DNA of 64,000 nucleotides from Macrostomum hystrix (taxonomy: Eukaryota > Animalia > Platyhelminthes), in contig CATNEN010000003.1 in assembly GCA_950097015.1 (NCBI GenBank), positions 15,500,001-15,564,000 of the forward strand. Direction: 5' to 3'. The notes under the pieces are model-generated. The model was not told the origin of the DNA, searched no databases, and was given only the letters and a program-made list of their open reading frames with translations. A program made the position numbers and the translations under genes. Below are positions 10,901 through 22,900 of this stretch, piece after piece (positions within the stretch are counted from its first letter, which is position 1; each line of letters begins with the position of its first letter).

Positions 10901-13900
10901 TAATCATGATTAAATATTTATAAGACCCTCGGGTGAATGATAAGGCCAAAGTCTATATCGTTCGGTATTAAAAATAGATAAGTGTTATGACTGAAATAGC
11001 TAGCAAGCTATAGATAGCTAAAATATGAAGGCAACGATTTTTATAAAAATTCACTGGATACTGCGATAAGAGAAAGGTTAGCTGCAATAGTTTTAATCTA
11101 GACGAAGTTCTGTTTGTTCCTTCACTATTGACTCCAAAATTAGCCCCGAAAAAATGCTGAAAAAAAAGAATTTAAATTAGCTTGTGCTTACCAATCGAGC
11201 GCACTTTTCTATTATTTCTGTTATTATTATTTATCATAGGCCTATTAAAGTTGCTTAGCGTACAATTTGGCGACAACGGACTCAATGGACTATTTTGGCT
11301 GACAAGTGGGGGGCGATTTGGTTGGGTTCGCCTCAAATTCAACAAGCTAGGCCTAGTAGTCGTTGTAGTGCCAACAGTAGCAGCAGCTGCAGCAGTAGAT
11401 ACGTCAGAATTTTCAGCGCGACTTTGTTGACGATGTCTAGCAATCGGTGACGTTGACGTAGGCATTTCTCTCTCAACTTATTGATGATAAATCGTGTGAG
11501 TTAAAAAAATTGGCTGCGAAGCTTGTGAGAGAGGGATCGAGTGAGTAACAAGGATTGTTAATTGTTTGTGCGCCTATAGACAGGACAGGCAAGCTGGACA
11601 AGGAAGGGGAAAGGCCGAAGTGCTGACTAAACAGGCGGGGTACGGCTGGGGGAGGGCCAGACAGGGAAGGAAAGCAGAGCGAACGAGAAACACCCGCCCC
11701 AGTCCGGGAACCAATAGGAAACCGCAAAAAATTCCTTAACATTGCAAGCGCGGGCAAGTCCCCAGAATAGGGGAGTCGGACTCAGTCACAAGCGTACGGT
11801 GACTAATTTGACGCTCTATAATCGTTTTAATCATTTTATGAATTATGTTAAAAATTCATAATCGTCGTAAAGTCAAATAAAAATTCCACTTAACACTAAC
11901 ATAAACTACTAGAAGACAAATTCTATCATAAATCCAAACAAATCGAAAGACACTTGCGGTTTCATAGAAACACTTCACTATAAATAAAAAACTTGAATCA
12001 CAAAAATTTTCTTTTAATTAACAGGCAGTAAATATCAAGGATTCGACGAGGTAATGACTGATTTAAAGACAGGACAGGATTGGATGGGGTAATGACTGAT
12101 TCAAAGACAGGGCAGGATCGGATGGGGTAATGACTGATTCAAAGACAGGACAGGATTGGATGGGGTAATGACTGATTCAAAGACAGGACAGGATTGGATG
12201 GGGTAATGACTGATTCAAAGACAGGACAGGATCGGATGGGGTAATGACTGATTCAAAGACAGGACAGGATTGGATGGGGTAATGACTGATTTAAAGACAG
12301 GACAGGATTGGATGGGGTAATGACTGATTCAAAGACAGGGCATGATCGGATGGGGTAATGACTGATTCAAAGACAGGACAGGATTGGATGGGGTAATGAC
12401 TGATTCAAAGACAGGACAGGATCGGATGGGGTAATGACTGATTCAAAGACAGGGCATGATCGGATGGGGTAATGACTGATTCAAAGACAGGACAGGATTG
12501 GATGGGGTAATGACTGATTCAAAGACAGGACAGGATTGGATGGGGTAATGACTGATTCAAAGACAGGACAGGATTGGATGGGGTAATGACTGATTCAAAG
12601 ACAGGAAGGATTGGATGGGGTAATGACTGATTCAAAGACAGGACAGGATTGGATGGGGTAATGACTGATTCAAATACAGGACAGGATTGGATGGGGTAAT
12701 GACTGATTCAAAGACAGGACAGGATTGGATGGGGTAATGACTGATTCAAAGACAGGACAGGACAGGATTCGTGAAGACGTTAAATCAAGCATTTTCTGAA
12801 CGCACCTTGCAGCAGGCGTACAGTGGAGTACTTGGCAGCTAGTCGGTTCATGAGCAGTTGAACAAAGTCGGCATTGTCGCTAGCTGTGACTCCACCATAG
12901 TCGGCTCCTTGGAGTACACTGGATTGAATCTCAGCTGGCATCAGGGGTTGAGTGTCGGAGCTTCGATCGTAGAGAACAACGCAGTAGGAATCTGAATTGG
13001 CCAATGGCACTGCTGTACTAGTTGGGGCGGCAGAAGCTGCGGCGGCCGCAGCGACTGTGAATGCCGATTTTGATCGCTGATCGTTGGGAAGCAGATCGTT
13101 GATTGATAGCTGGAGTAGATAGGGATAATGGATGATTTGTTAGGGATATATCGAATCGGAATAATAATAAATCAGTGATTATTTATCCATATTAGGTGAT
13201 CTTGGTGAAGTGAGAGATCTGAGAGAATGGTAGGTTGATACTGAGGATCTGGGAGAATGGTAGGTTGATCCAGAAGATCTGGGAGAATCCTAGGTTGATC
13301 CAGAGGATCTGGGAGAATCGTAGGTTGATCCTGAGGATCTGGGAGAATGGTAGGTTGATCCAGAGGATCTGGGAGAATGGTAGGTTGATCCAGAGGATCT
13401 GGGAGAATCGTAGGTTGATCCTGAGGATCTGGGAGAATGGTAGGTCGATCCAGAGGATCTGGGAGAATGGTGGGTTGATCCATGGAGGATCTGGGAGAAT
13501 GGTAGGTTGATCCAGAGGATCTGGGAGAATCGTAGGTTGATCCTGAGGATCTGGGAGAATGGTAGGTTGATCCAGAGGATCTGGGAGAATTGTAGGTTGA
13601 TCCTGAGGATCTGGGAGAATGGTAGGTTGATCCAGAGGATCTAGGAGAATGGTAGGTTGATCCAGAGGATCTGGGAGAATTGTAGGCTGATCCTGAGGAT
13701 CTGGGAGAATCGTAGGTTGATCCAGAGGATCTGGGAGAATCGTAGGTTGATACTGAGGATCTGGGAGAATGGTGGGTTGATCCAGAGGATCTGGGAGAAT
13801 GGTAGTTTGATCCTGAGGATCTGGGAGAATTGTGGGTTGATCCAGAGGATCTGGGAGAATCGTAGGTTGATCCTGAGGATCTGGGAGAATGGTGGGTTGA

Positions 13901-16900
13901 TCCAGAGGATCTGGGAGAATGGTAGGTTGATCCAGAGGATCTGGGAGAATGGTAGTTTGATCCTGAGGATCTGGGAGAATGGTAGGTTGATCCAGAGAAT
14001 CTGGGAGAATGGTAGGTTGATCCAGAGGATCTGGGAGAATGGTAGGTTGATCCAGAGGATCTGGGAGAATGGTAGGTTGATCCAGAGGATCTAGGAGAAT
14101 TGTAGGCTGATCCTGAGGATCTGGGAGAATCGTAGGTTGATCCTGAGGATCTGGGAGAATGTTGGTTCAAGAATATGAAATAATTGTGATTTGAGGAACT
14201 GGAAGAACTGGAAGGTGGATAGAGGACGAGGGAGAATGGCCGCTGCGTCCTGAAGATTCGGTAGAATGGTCATTTAAGGATCTGGGAGAATGGTTTACCT
14301 AATTTTGAGGACCTGATAAGAAAATTGCTTAATTCTCAGGATGCTGAAGAAGGGGGGCTTAAAAATTATCTCAGATTATATGGGCACAGCCATTCAAGCT
14401 TCAAATTGTGGTTGAGCTTGAAGAAAAAACATAATAAGCCTTTGAATCCTTAAAATTAATTGAGGAGTCGAAAAACTAATTGACACACTTTATGTTTTCA
14501 TGTTTTTTAGTGTGGTGTTTCACGCAATAATTTTTCCTCGATACACTACTTAGCTATGGGAAGGCATTTAAGTAGTTCAATGCGGGCAACGCACTATGAA
14601 ATAAATAGCGGAGAGCTTAAGGCTAAAGAAATATATAGAGGCTTAGGTGAGAAGGCTGGCGGGTGGGGTGGTAAGTGGGGTGGTAAGCAACAGCAGCAGC
14701 AGCAGACAGTCACATTAGAAAAAACTAGTTCAGAAGCATAAATTAATGCACTGAATAATAGCTGGCAACTCAAAGCGGAGGAGGCAAGGATTCTATATAT
14801 GGTGTTTTTCAGGGGGAGATATTTTTCCCTGCCTACGCGCGCGAGTTGCTTCAGGGACCGGAGACAAGGGGGCGTGGGCACAAGGCGGGTGCATGGAAAC
14901 ATAGCCTATAGGTGATTAGTCGCTAGCCTTCATCAAATGAATGAAACCTAATCCCATGGTTCATGCAAATAGCATGCAGCCTGCTAAAAATGGAAAGAGA
15001 TTTGCACGACTTTAAATTCGAAAATCAATTGTCTCGAAGCACGGAGGAGAAGTCGATCTAATTACAAGCTGCAGTGACCTGATGAGTTGTCAATATAACA
15101 AATTCGATAAGTATTGGCCAGATCGACAGTATACCCATTGACTTGTTGAGGTCAAAGAAAATTCAATGACTCAATGATAAGGTGCATTGATTGAGCAGGT
15201 AAACAAAACAACTCACTATACTGAAGGGCACTTGTTTAAGGCATTCTTATCCAGCCAACACTGAATGAGGTTAAAGTTTAAACGAAACACGTACCAAATA
15301 AGGCTAAGGTAAGATAGGTTCATATTTTCAATTTGAAATTCATTTTTATCTTTCAGTCACGCCACTAAAAGCCAACAAATTGCTGACTCGTAATTTTGTA
15401 AATACTTAAAGACCATTAAATGGCGCTCTGTTCGTTAATAGATCATTTCCCTGAGTGTGAAGAGTTGGTGCCTTACAAGAAAAAACAACATTGAGAGTGT
15501 GAAAGTAACAGAAAATATCTATCAAGTCTTTCATGTGCACTGATTTTTATAAACCGTTTTCAACAGTTTGTGAAATCCAAAAAGGCTAACCTTGTATCGT
15601 AGGTTGCATACTGTACAATAATTGCATTGCATTCTAATGCGAGATTAATATTGCAAAGCGAACCAATTTGGTAATATAAAAATGACGTCATTTCTATTTT
15701 TAGATACAGCTAACTAAATACATGCCGGACAAAATGCAATTAACTCTTTTGTTTAAACTGTCTCTTACTAACTATGACCTGTACTGAATATATGCGCATG
15801 CAGTAATCCATATGTGATCTTTGTCTAACGTTTAGTAACACAGACATCAGAGAATGAGTTTTAGAGGATATGTAGGGCTATAATAGTAAAGAACTAGCAG
15901 TCTGCTGAAATGTATACAGACGATATTGAATCAATTATGTATATCAATATCCTAGACAAATACGAGACGGTAGGTTGATCATGAGAATCTGGAAAATGGT
16001 GGCAACATCCTGAGGATCTGAGAGAATGATGCTTTGAGAATATGGAAGAACTTTTTATTTGAGGAACTGGGCGAACGGTGGCTAGAGGATGTGGGAGTAT
16101 GGTTGCTTCGCGAATAGTCGTGCCATAAATAATAATAATAATAATTGCAGGAGGGCTGCGGGCAATGACACATCATTTGGTGACACTAGACCCGCAGTCA
16201 GCGAGGAGGTGATTCTGCAGATTTCGCTGACTCCTTTGCGATACTGTACACAGAGGTGTGTACATCTGCCCTGACTTTCTCATTGTCTGGCAGTGTACAC
16301 TTCACTGTAACTTGGAGGTTGGTCCTCAAGAGTTAAGGGCGTATATTGTACGACAAGCCCCCATGCCTTCTCTCCGCGGCTGCGCCCAAATTAAATGTGG
16401 CCTCGCCGTGGAATCAAAACTGAGGGACCGCGGTGCGAGAGGCAAACGCGTTAAACGCTCTGCCACCGACCCCCATAGTCGTGCCATAGACAGGAAGAGA
16501 ATAGTCGTGCCATAGACAGGACGAATTAATGAATTCAAGGCAACTTTTCTTAACTAGAGCTCAATAGAAAAAATCTTTATTAACAACGCATATTATCTCA
16601 TTCTCTAAATGAACTATTTACTATGTATATATGAAGTGAGTCAGTTACTATCTTTGCAAACCCATTGTTGCGAGAAATTGCATCTGAAAAAAATATATAA
16701 ACTACTACCAAACTATAAATAAAATAGTGTTGACGCAAGAAATAAAGCTATTCACTTTCATTCCAACAGAATCTCAGTAAGACAGTACATTTCTATTATA
16801 GGCTAGTTTAAGAAGGCCGTGCTTCTCAAAAACAAAGCAATCTACACAAACTGGTTTGAACAGTGCAATTTATACATATAAACTTTCATCACACGATTAT

Positions 16901-18026
16901 CATTTCCAAATCTACCATGAAAATACCCAACACATAGCTTATTATAAAAAAATGACTGCAGACTTTTAGTACAGAACTAAATAAAGTCAGAACTGTGTGT
17001 CATAAACATAAAATGACAAAGACAGCAACAGTTAACCAACCTTTCCCTGCAGTAGGCGCCTTCGAACCAATCTGGAGCAGCACACGTTAACAGCTGTTCT
17101 GATGCAGCCCAAATTGAATTCCAATAGAGAGCGACTGTCTATGATTAGCAGCTGTGGGTGTTTTTAGGTTTTGGAGAAACTATGCTAAGGATTGCTTGTG
17201 AGACTGAGTATGTCAGGATTGCTGACATGGGGAGTCAGTCACGTCAGGATTGCTGACATGGGGAGTCAGTCATGTCAGGATTGCTGACATGGGGAGTCGG
17301 TCATGTCAGGATGGTTGACATGGGTAGTCAGTCACGTCAGGATGGCTGACATGGGGAGTCAGTCATGTCAGGATGGTTGACATGGGGAGTCAGTCATGTC
17401 AGGATGGCTGACATGGGGAGTCAGTCATGTCAGGATGTTTGACATAGGGTGTCAGTCATGTCAGGACGGTTGACATGGGGAGTCAGTCATGTCAGGATGG
17501 TTGACATGGGGAGTCAGTTATGTCAGGCTGGTTGACACGGGGGAGTCAGTCACATCAGGATGGCTGACATGGGGAGTCAGTCATGTCAGGATGTTTGACA
17601 TAGGGTGTCATTCATGTCAGGATGGTTGACATGGGGAGTCAGTCATGTCAAGATGGTTGACATGGGGAGTCAGTTATGTCAGGCTGGTTGACACGGGGGA
17701 GTCAGTCATTTCAGGATGGTTGACATGGAGAGTCAGTTATGTCAGGCTGGTTGACATGGGGGAGTCAGTCATTTCAGGATGGTTGACGTGGGGAGTCAGT
17801 CATGTCAAGATGGTTGACACAGGGGAGTCAGTCATGTCAGGATGTTTGTTTTGTATACTTACCTTAGATGAAATAAGTATGAAAGTATGTATGAAGTATG
17901 TATGAAGTATGTATGAAGTATGTATGAAGTATGAAGTAAGTATGAAATACTTACCTTTGATGGATTAAAAGCTAGTAGCTTCACCAGGCTAGCTGGTGAA
18001 ATCAGCAAGGCTTGCTGTTGATCACC
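7938..18026 (-). CDS. Dual-specificity MAP kinase phosphatase, DUSP8/DUSP16 (MKP-7) type; start codon not located
   Basis: Phase-consistent GT-AG exons 18026-17955, 17151-17041, 13109-12806, 9150-8773, 8611-8488, 8394-7938. Rhodanese domain [37 protein letters not shown] with KIM arginines; catalytic D-loop VPVNDGY; signature [12 protein letters not shown]; [15 protein letters not shown]. Confidence 0.92.
9151..9310 (-). CDS. Putative alternative N-terminal extension (internal start) of the DUSP, contiguous with exon 9150-8773
   Basis: ATG at 9310 opens an unbroken frame ([14 protein letters not shown]...NIVS) into [11 protein letters not shown]; TATA and AP-1 elements lie just upstream. Confidence 0.6.
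9400..9870 (-). promoter_or_regulatory. Putative intronic promoter of a short DUSP isoform
   Basis: TATATAAA on the minus strand at 9437-9444, Inr-like TCAATT ~9401-9406, perfect AP-1 site TGAGTCA 9686-9692, GC box GGGCGGGG ~9765, CCAAT boxes ~9548 and ~9858. Confidence 0.55.
11192..11465 (-). CDS. Putative alternative first coding exon of the DUSP
   Basis: ATG 11465, 274 nt (91 codons +1) ending at a strong donor G|GTAAGC; phase 1 matches the acceptor at 9150; poly-Ala/Thr/Asn tracts like other exons here; GC-rich upstream region with GC box and CCAAT (11580-11810). Confidence 0.65.
12050..12770. repeat. Intronic minisatellite, 38-bp unit GATGGGGTAATGACTGATTCAAAGACAGGACAGGATTG
   Basis: About 19 tandem units. 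Confidence 0.97.
13210..14165. repeat. Intronic minisatellite, 30-bp unit GAGGATCTGGGAGAATGGTAGGTTGATCCA
   Basis: About 32 units; explains the ([10 protein letters not shown])n ORF. Confidence 0.97.
16128..16474 (-). mobile_element. tRNA-derived SINE family B, full-length with TSD
   Basis: Reverse complement starts GGGGGTCGGTGGCAGAGCG, has a degenerate B-box, ends GCAGCCCTCCTGCA+(ATT)n; 14-bp TSD ATAGTCGTGCCATA at 16114-16127 and 16475-16488; homologous copies at 30596 and 45039. Confidence 0.88.
17210..17845. repeat. Intronic minisatellite, ~31-bp unit GTCAGGATGGTTGACATGGGGAGTCAGTCAT
   Basis: About 20 tandem units. Confidence 0.95.
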
Positions 18027-19954
18027 CTGAAATAAAAAGTGTTTTAAAACATATAAAACAGTTGCTAAATATAAACCAATTGAAAGATAAATAAGAATAA
18101 TACTACCATACACTTGGCTTGGCCTAGCTATTGCAATTAAATGTGAGTTTATGACAGCATCAAACTCATAGCACACAATCAAACAAATGTCTAAAAATAT
18201 CAAACGAGTTAATTCTCAATAGACAAAAATAAAAGGTTCATAAAGTATAATCTAATATAAGGTTTATATAAAATCATAAATTAAAACAGCTAAAGAATTT
18301 TTTATAACATGCTAGCCCAGCTTACCAATTTTTGCTATTAAAACAATAAAAACATAGTAATTAGGGACACGGCTGTCATGCCTATAATGCCTGAACTTAA
18401 GGGCATAGTCAATGGTAGAACTAAAATTTTTGTAGGGAGGACCTTTGGTCCATCTTTGGAGTGGACCAAAGGTGAATTATCTTGGACAAGTGGCAGATAG
18501 GGTTTAATGGCTATTTTGTAGAAAAAATTTCTTGTCCCCCCTTACTATCTTCTGGCTTTTCTGGCAGAAAGGGTCCCTTTTTAAGGGGGTGGTCTATTGT
18601 TGCACCAGTCTGCCAGTCTGCAGTCACCAGTGGGCATGGTGGCCATATGTGCAAGAGATATATGTATTTTTGGATCTGCTAGGTTTATGAGTGCAATTGC
18701 ATCAGTACTGCATGTTAGGCCTAGGACAAGCTTGAACTAGGCCCTAATAACATTTTTCTAATGCCAAGAACAGACTTTGCTAGGCCTATAATATGATATT
18801 AAATTCCCATTTCTACTTTACTTAAATCAACTTTTAGGAATGACTGGTTGTTGTCACGAATAGACTATAGTTAATTATATAGGTAATAGCTAAAAAATAT
18901 ATAATTATGCTTTATATTGTAGGTGGACCTAGTTTACAAACTTTTTAACTGCTTTATAACGTTCTGTTCAGCTAGAGAAAGTAAAGCAGAGAATTATTGG
19001 GCTATATAAATATAATGTGCTGAATAATTGTCACAAGATCAACCAACAAGGTTTTCTGATTAAAAAGGCTTTATGTATAAAATAACCATTGAATATCTGT
19101 AGCTCTTAATCTCAAACCTAGGCTAGGCTAAGCTAACGCAGCCGCTATTTACATCTAAAAACGATATTATAATCGCTTTAAATAAAAAACATGACATGAT
19201 TTAGGTAAAATCTAGCTCTTTTGGGACTCATACACATGGCATAGCTCATACATACATACAAGCTTATTCACATGACTTGACAATTATACTTTGTAATGTG
19301 GACACAAAAGTACGTGCTGCTATATTACAGTATAGTATAATTTTTATTCATTCGCGTTTCGTAGAAAATGAAAAGTTATATTATTCTTGTGTTTTAAGCA
19401 GTGAAACAAAACTTCCACATAATTGTATTTTATTGCTCTTCAGAAATAAATTTTTATTGTTTAACTTTGTAAATTGTGTAAGATATTAAACTTTTGTTAA
19501 ACAGTAGTTATAAAAACAAAATTTATTTGGTGACAAATTTCTAAATTGGGCTCGGGAAGCTTTAATAGAATACTGCATTGTTTTATTATTAATGTTAAGT
19601 GCACACCTTTGACTGTAAGACTAAAGGTCGCAATAAAAAGTTTATATATAATAAAGTCTGTAAAGACGATTTGGACCCGTAAACTTAAAAGAAACGATAT
19701 TTAAAATATCGCCGGCTTTATGATGCAACGAAAACTTCTTAAGTTGTGTTTTGAACAGCTTCGATTCTGCGAAACAAAACACTTCGTTTGAGTACTGTAC
19801 ATTTTTGCTGTATCGTAATTTATTATTGGCTTGTACTACATTCAAAATTAAGTCTGCGCCTACAAGTCGACAAAAAATCATTGCAGACTTCGTTAATTCT
19901 CTTGAGTGTGTATGAACTCATTATATTGGTACAATATTGGCACTAGAAATACAA

Positions 19955-22900
19955 ATGAATTTTGGACCATTGTATTTCTCTGGATCAGGAACAGGACAGA
20001 ATAAAACACTCATAAAAAGTGCACTTTATTGGCGTCTTCACAAAGGTATTACAAAATTTAAATATGTTCATTGAATATTTTTATTTTATTTCTATTTTGC
20101 TTCAGTTATCAAGCAAGACTTTATGACAATTAAATGATCCATTTAGTTAGCTTTTCACGTTTAAGTATTGTTTCCTAAAAGCATGGCTTAGTTATAGTAG
20201 TAAAGTAAAATGAACTAAGTAAATTTATCGTTGATGTGCAAGTATAATATATGCTTTGCTGTTGTGCTGCAAAAACATTTTCCTTAAATTTCTTCTTAAA
20301 ACCTGATTTGTCAAATAAAATAAGCTTTGAAAAAATCTCAGACAAATTGTTAAATATTTACAAATAAGGTATAAATAGAGGCACGAGTTTTATATTGCTT
20401 GAGCAATAGGGCATACTAAAAAAATTAGTATGCCCTTTTTGGCATGAAGCACTAAGAAGCTATAAAATACTTTTTTATTTAAACCATTCAAACCAAAACT
20501 TTCTTTTAGACTTGGAATGGACCATAGAGAAGCTATCGCTCGAAAAACAATTTCCTGTTCACAAAGGTTGTGTAAGTAAAATTTAAATAGTAAAACACAA
20601 ATCATTTTTTACGAAATATGAAATGAAATTTTAGGTGAACTCATTGTGCTGGAACTCCACTGGGCAATATTTGTTATCTGGCTCTGATGATCGAAATCTG
20701 GTAATTTCTTCACCATTTAGTCCGAAGGTAAGCTAAATTGCATTGAATATCAAGTAAAAACTAAATTTTGAAAATGCAGCAATCTATGTTTAATTATTAC
20801 TCGTTCAATTAAAAACAATTAACAGCTATCACTGCCCACTATGCTGCTACACTTCTTATTTATATGCCTTTGATATTTCAAAGGTAAAGAAAAATTGAAG
20901 CAAAAATGCAAACATTTTAATATGATTTATTTTTTTGCTATCGTTTGCGCGCTAAGAATTGCACATAAATAGAAGATAACTAATATAAGAGTTAGTCAAG
21001 TTAATTGCCTTTTCAGGATATACTAAACTAAATTCATTAATAACTGGAACAAATTCTGTTATCACCTGACAGCAGACACCCACTTCACTTTAAAAACGCT
21101 ACTCGTAACTTTTTGGAACCCGCCCCACCCCACTCCACTCTTCAACACCCACCTCTCTCTGACACCCACCTCACTCTTCAACACCCACCTCTCTCTGACA
21201 CCCACCTCACTCTTCAACACCCACCTCTCTCTGACACCCACCTCACTCTTCAACACCCACCTCTCTCTGACACCCACCTCACTCTTCAACACCCGCCTCT
21301 CTCTGACACCCACCTCACTCTTCAACACCCGCCTCTCTCTGACACCCACCTCACTCTTCAAAACCCACCTCTCTCTGACACCCACCTCTCTCTGACACCC
21401 ACCTCTCTCTGACACCCACCTCACTCTTCAACACCCACCTCTCTCTGACACCCACCTCACTCTTCAACACCCACCTCTCTCTGACACCCACCTCACTCTT
21501 CAACACCCACCTCTCTCTGACACCCACCTCACTCTTCAACACCCACCTCACTCCACTTTACGAGCGGACATTGTTACAGAATTTTTTTGCCTTTTTTCTT
21601 GACAACGAGCTTTAATGAATCCCGCAGCTGGAGGCTTTGAAAATATTCTCTGGTCATCAGGCGAACATATTCAGCGCCAAATTTTTGCCACATTCTGGCG
21701 ACAAAAATATTATATCCGCTTCCGGCGATGGTAGAGTTAGCCTCGCCGATCTAGGCGTCGCTGCTGGCCTAGAAGGCTTCCGGACATTCGCCAGCCACCA
21801 TGGTGCAGTTTATGACCTCGTTACAAGCCGTTGGGATCCTGGCGTATTCTTCAGCGTCGGCAGCGATGGCACGATCAGACAGTTCGATGTTCGCCAGTCG
21901 CATTGTAGCAGTTCGCTGCTGCTTAACAATCAGAATATGAGGTTTCTGTATCGCGTGCATTTTGCATACATTATCTGCGCAACTTTCCCCAATGTCCTTC
22001 AATCGATTTTCAACAAATTATGATTAAAGCTTTCGACTTCTAGCCAAGAGGTCCGGAGTTCGAATCTTGCTAGTATGTCCCAGTGGCTGCTCATAAGGCC
22101 AGATTGGGTTAAGTTTAATTTATATTTATCTAGATGTTTGCATCAACAATATGCATCATGAATTTTACTCCCATTTTTTTGTCGAGTGATAATTTTAAAC
22201 AGTAATCAGTTTTATACAATATTAAAAATTTATATCCACAGATAAGGGGTTAAAGGCGTCGTACTCGCGACTTAAAGGTCGAGGGTTCGATTCCCGGACT
22301 GCCAGACTTTAGCAGGACACTTAACTCAGTATCGCTCCAGTTCACCCAGCTGTTAAATTGGCACATTTAAACACAAAATATTGAACCTCCATTAGCAGTC
22401 AATCTGGCTTCACTGCGGCAGCGCTCCATCCGTCTGGCTCGGGTCGTCGAATGTTTGTCTCCGATTGCAACGGTTGCATTCTAGAGTTCGATCGACGATT
22501 CCTGCCACCAAGTCAAATTGACTGGGCCAACAACACCGCTTGTTTGAGTCTAACTGAGCCGCCTAGAAGTGACATCTCAGCCTCATCGGTTGGTGCGAAT
22601 GTTGCTAATCGAGTTAGCAGTTTGGAATTTGACCAGCTTGGGGAGAGACTACTGGCCTCCTATTCCTGTGGCAGGATTTGCCTGTTCGATGTTAGCAGAC
22701 ATTTTGAAGACACTGCTTGTCAGCCAAATTTTACTCGCGGCTTAAACTGGTGAGTTCAAAACTAAATCCTCAAGATATCCTCGCGACACAGAATCCTCAA
22801 GATATCCTCTCGACACAGAATCCTCAAGATATCCCCTCGACACAGAATCCTCAAGATATCCTCTCGACACAGAATCCTGAAGATATCCTCGCGACACAGA

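Noticed and set aside
13172-14170. 332-aa [10 protein letters not shown] repeat ORF resembling an RS- or CTD-like protein
   Set aside because: 30-bp intronic array with several frames open on both strands and an internal frameshift; the DUSP splices cleanly around it.
17855-17870. Second strong donor AG|GTAAGT about 92 nt downstream of the DUSP exon-1 donor
   Set aside because: Its use would shift the frame; probably a local duplication associated with the GTATGAA repeat.
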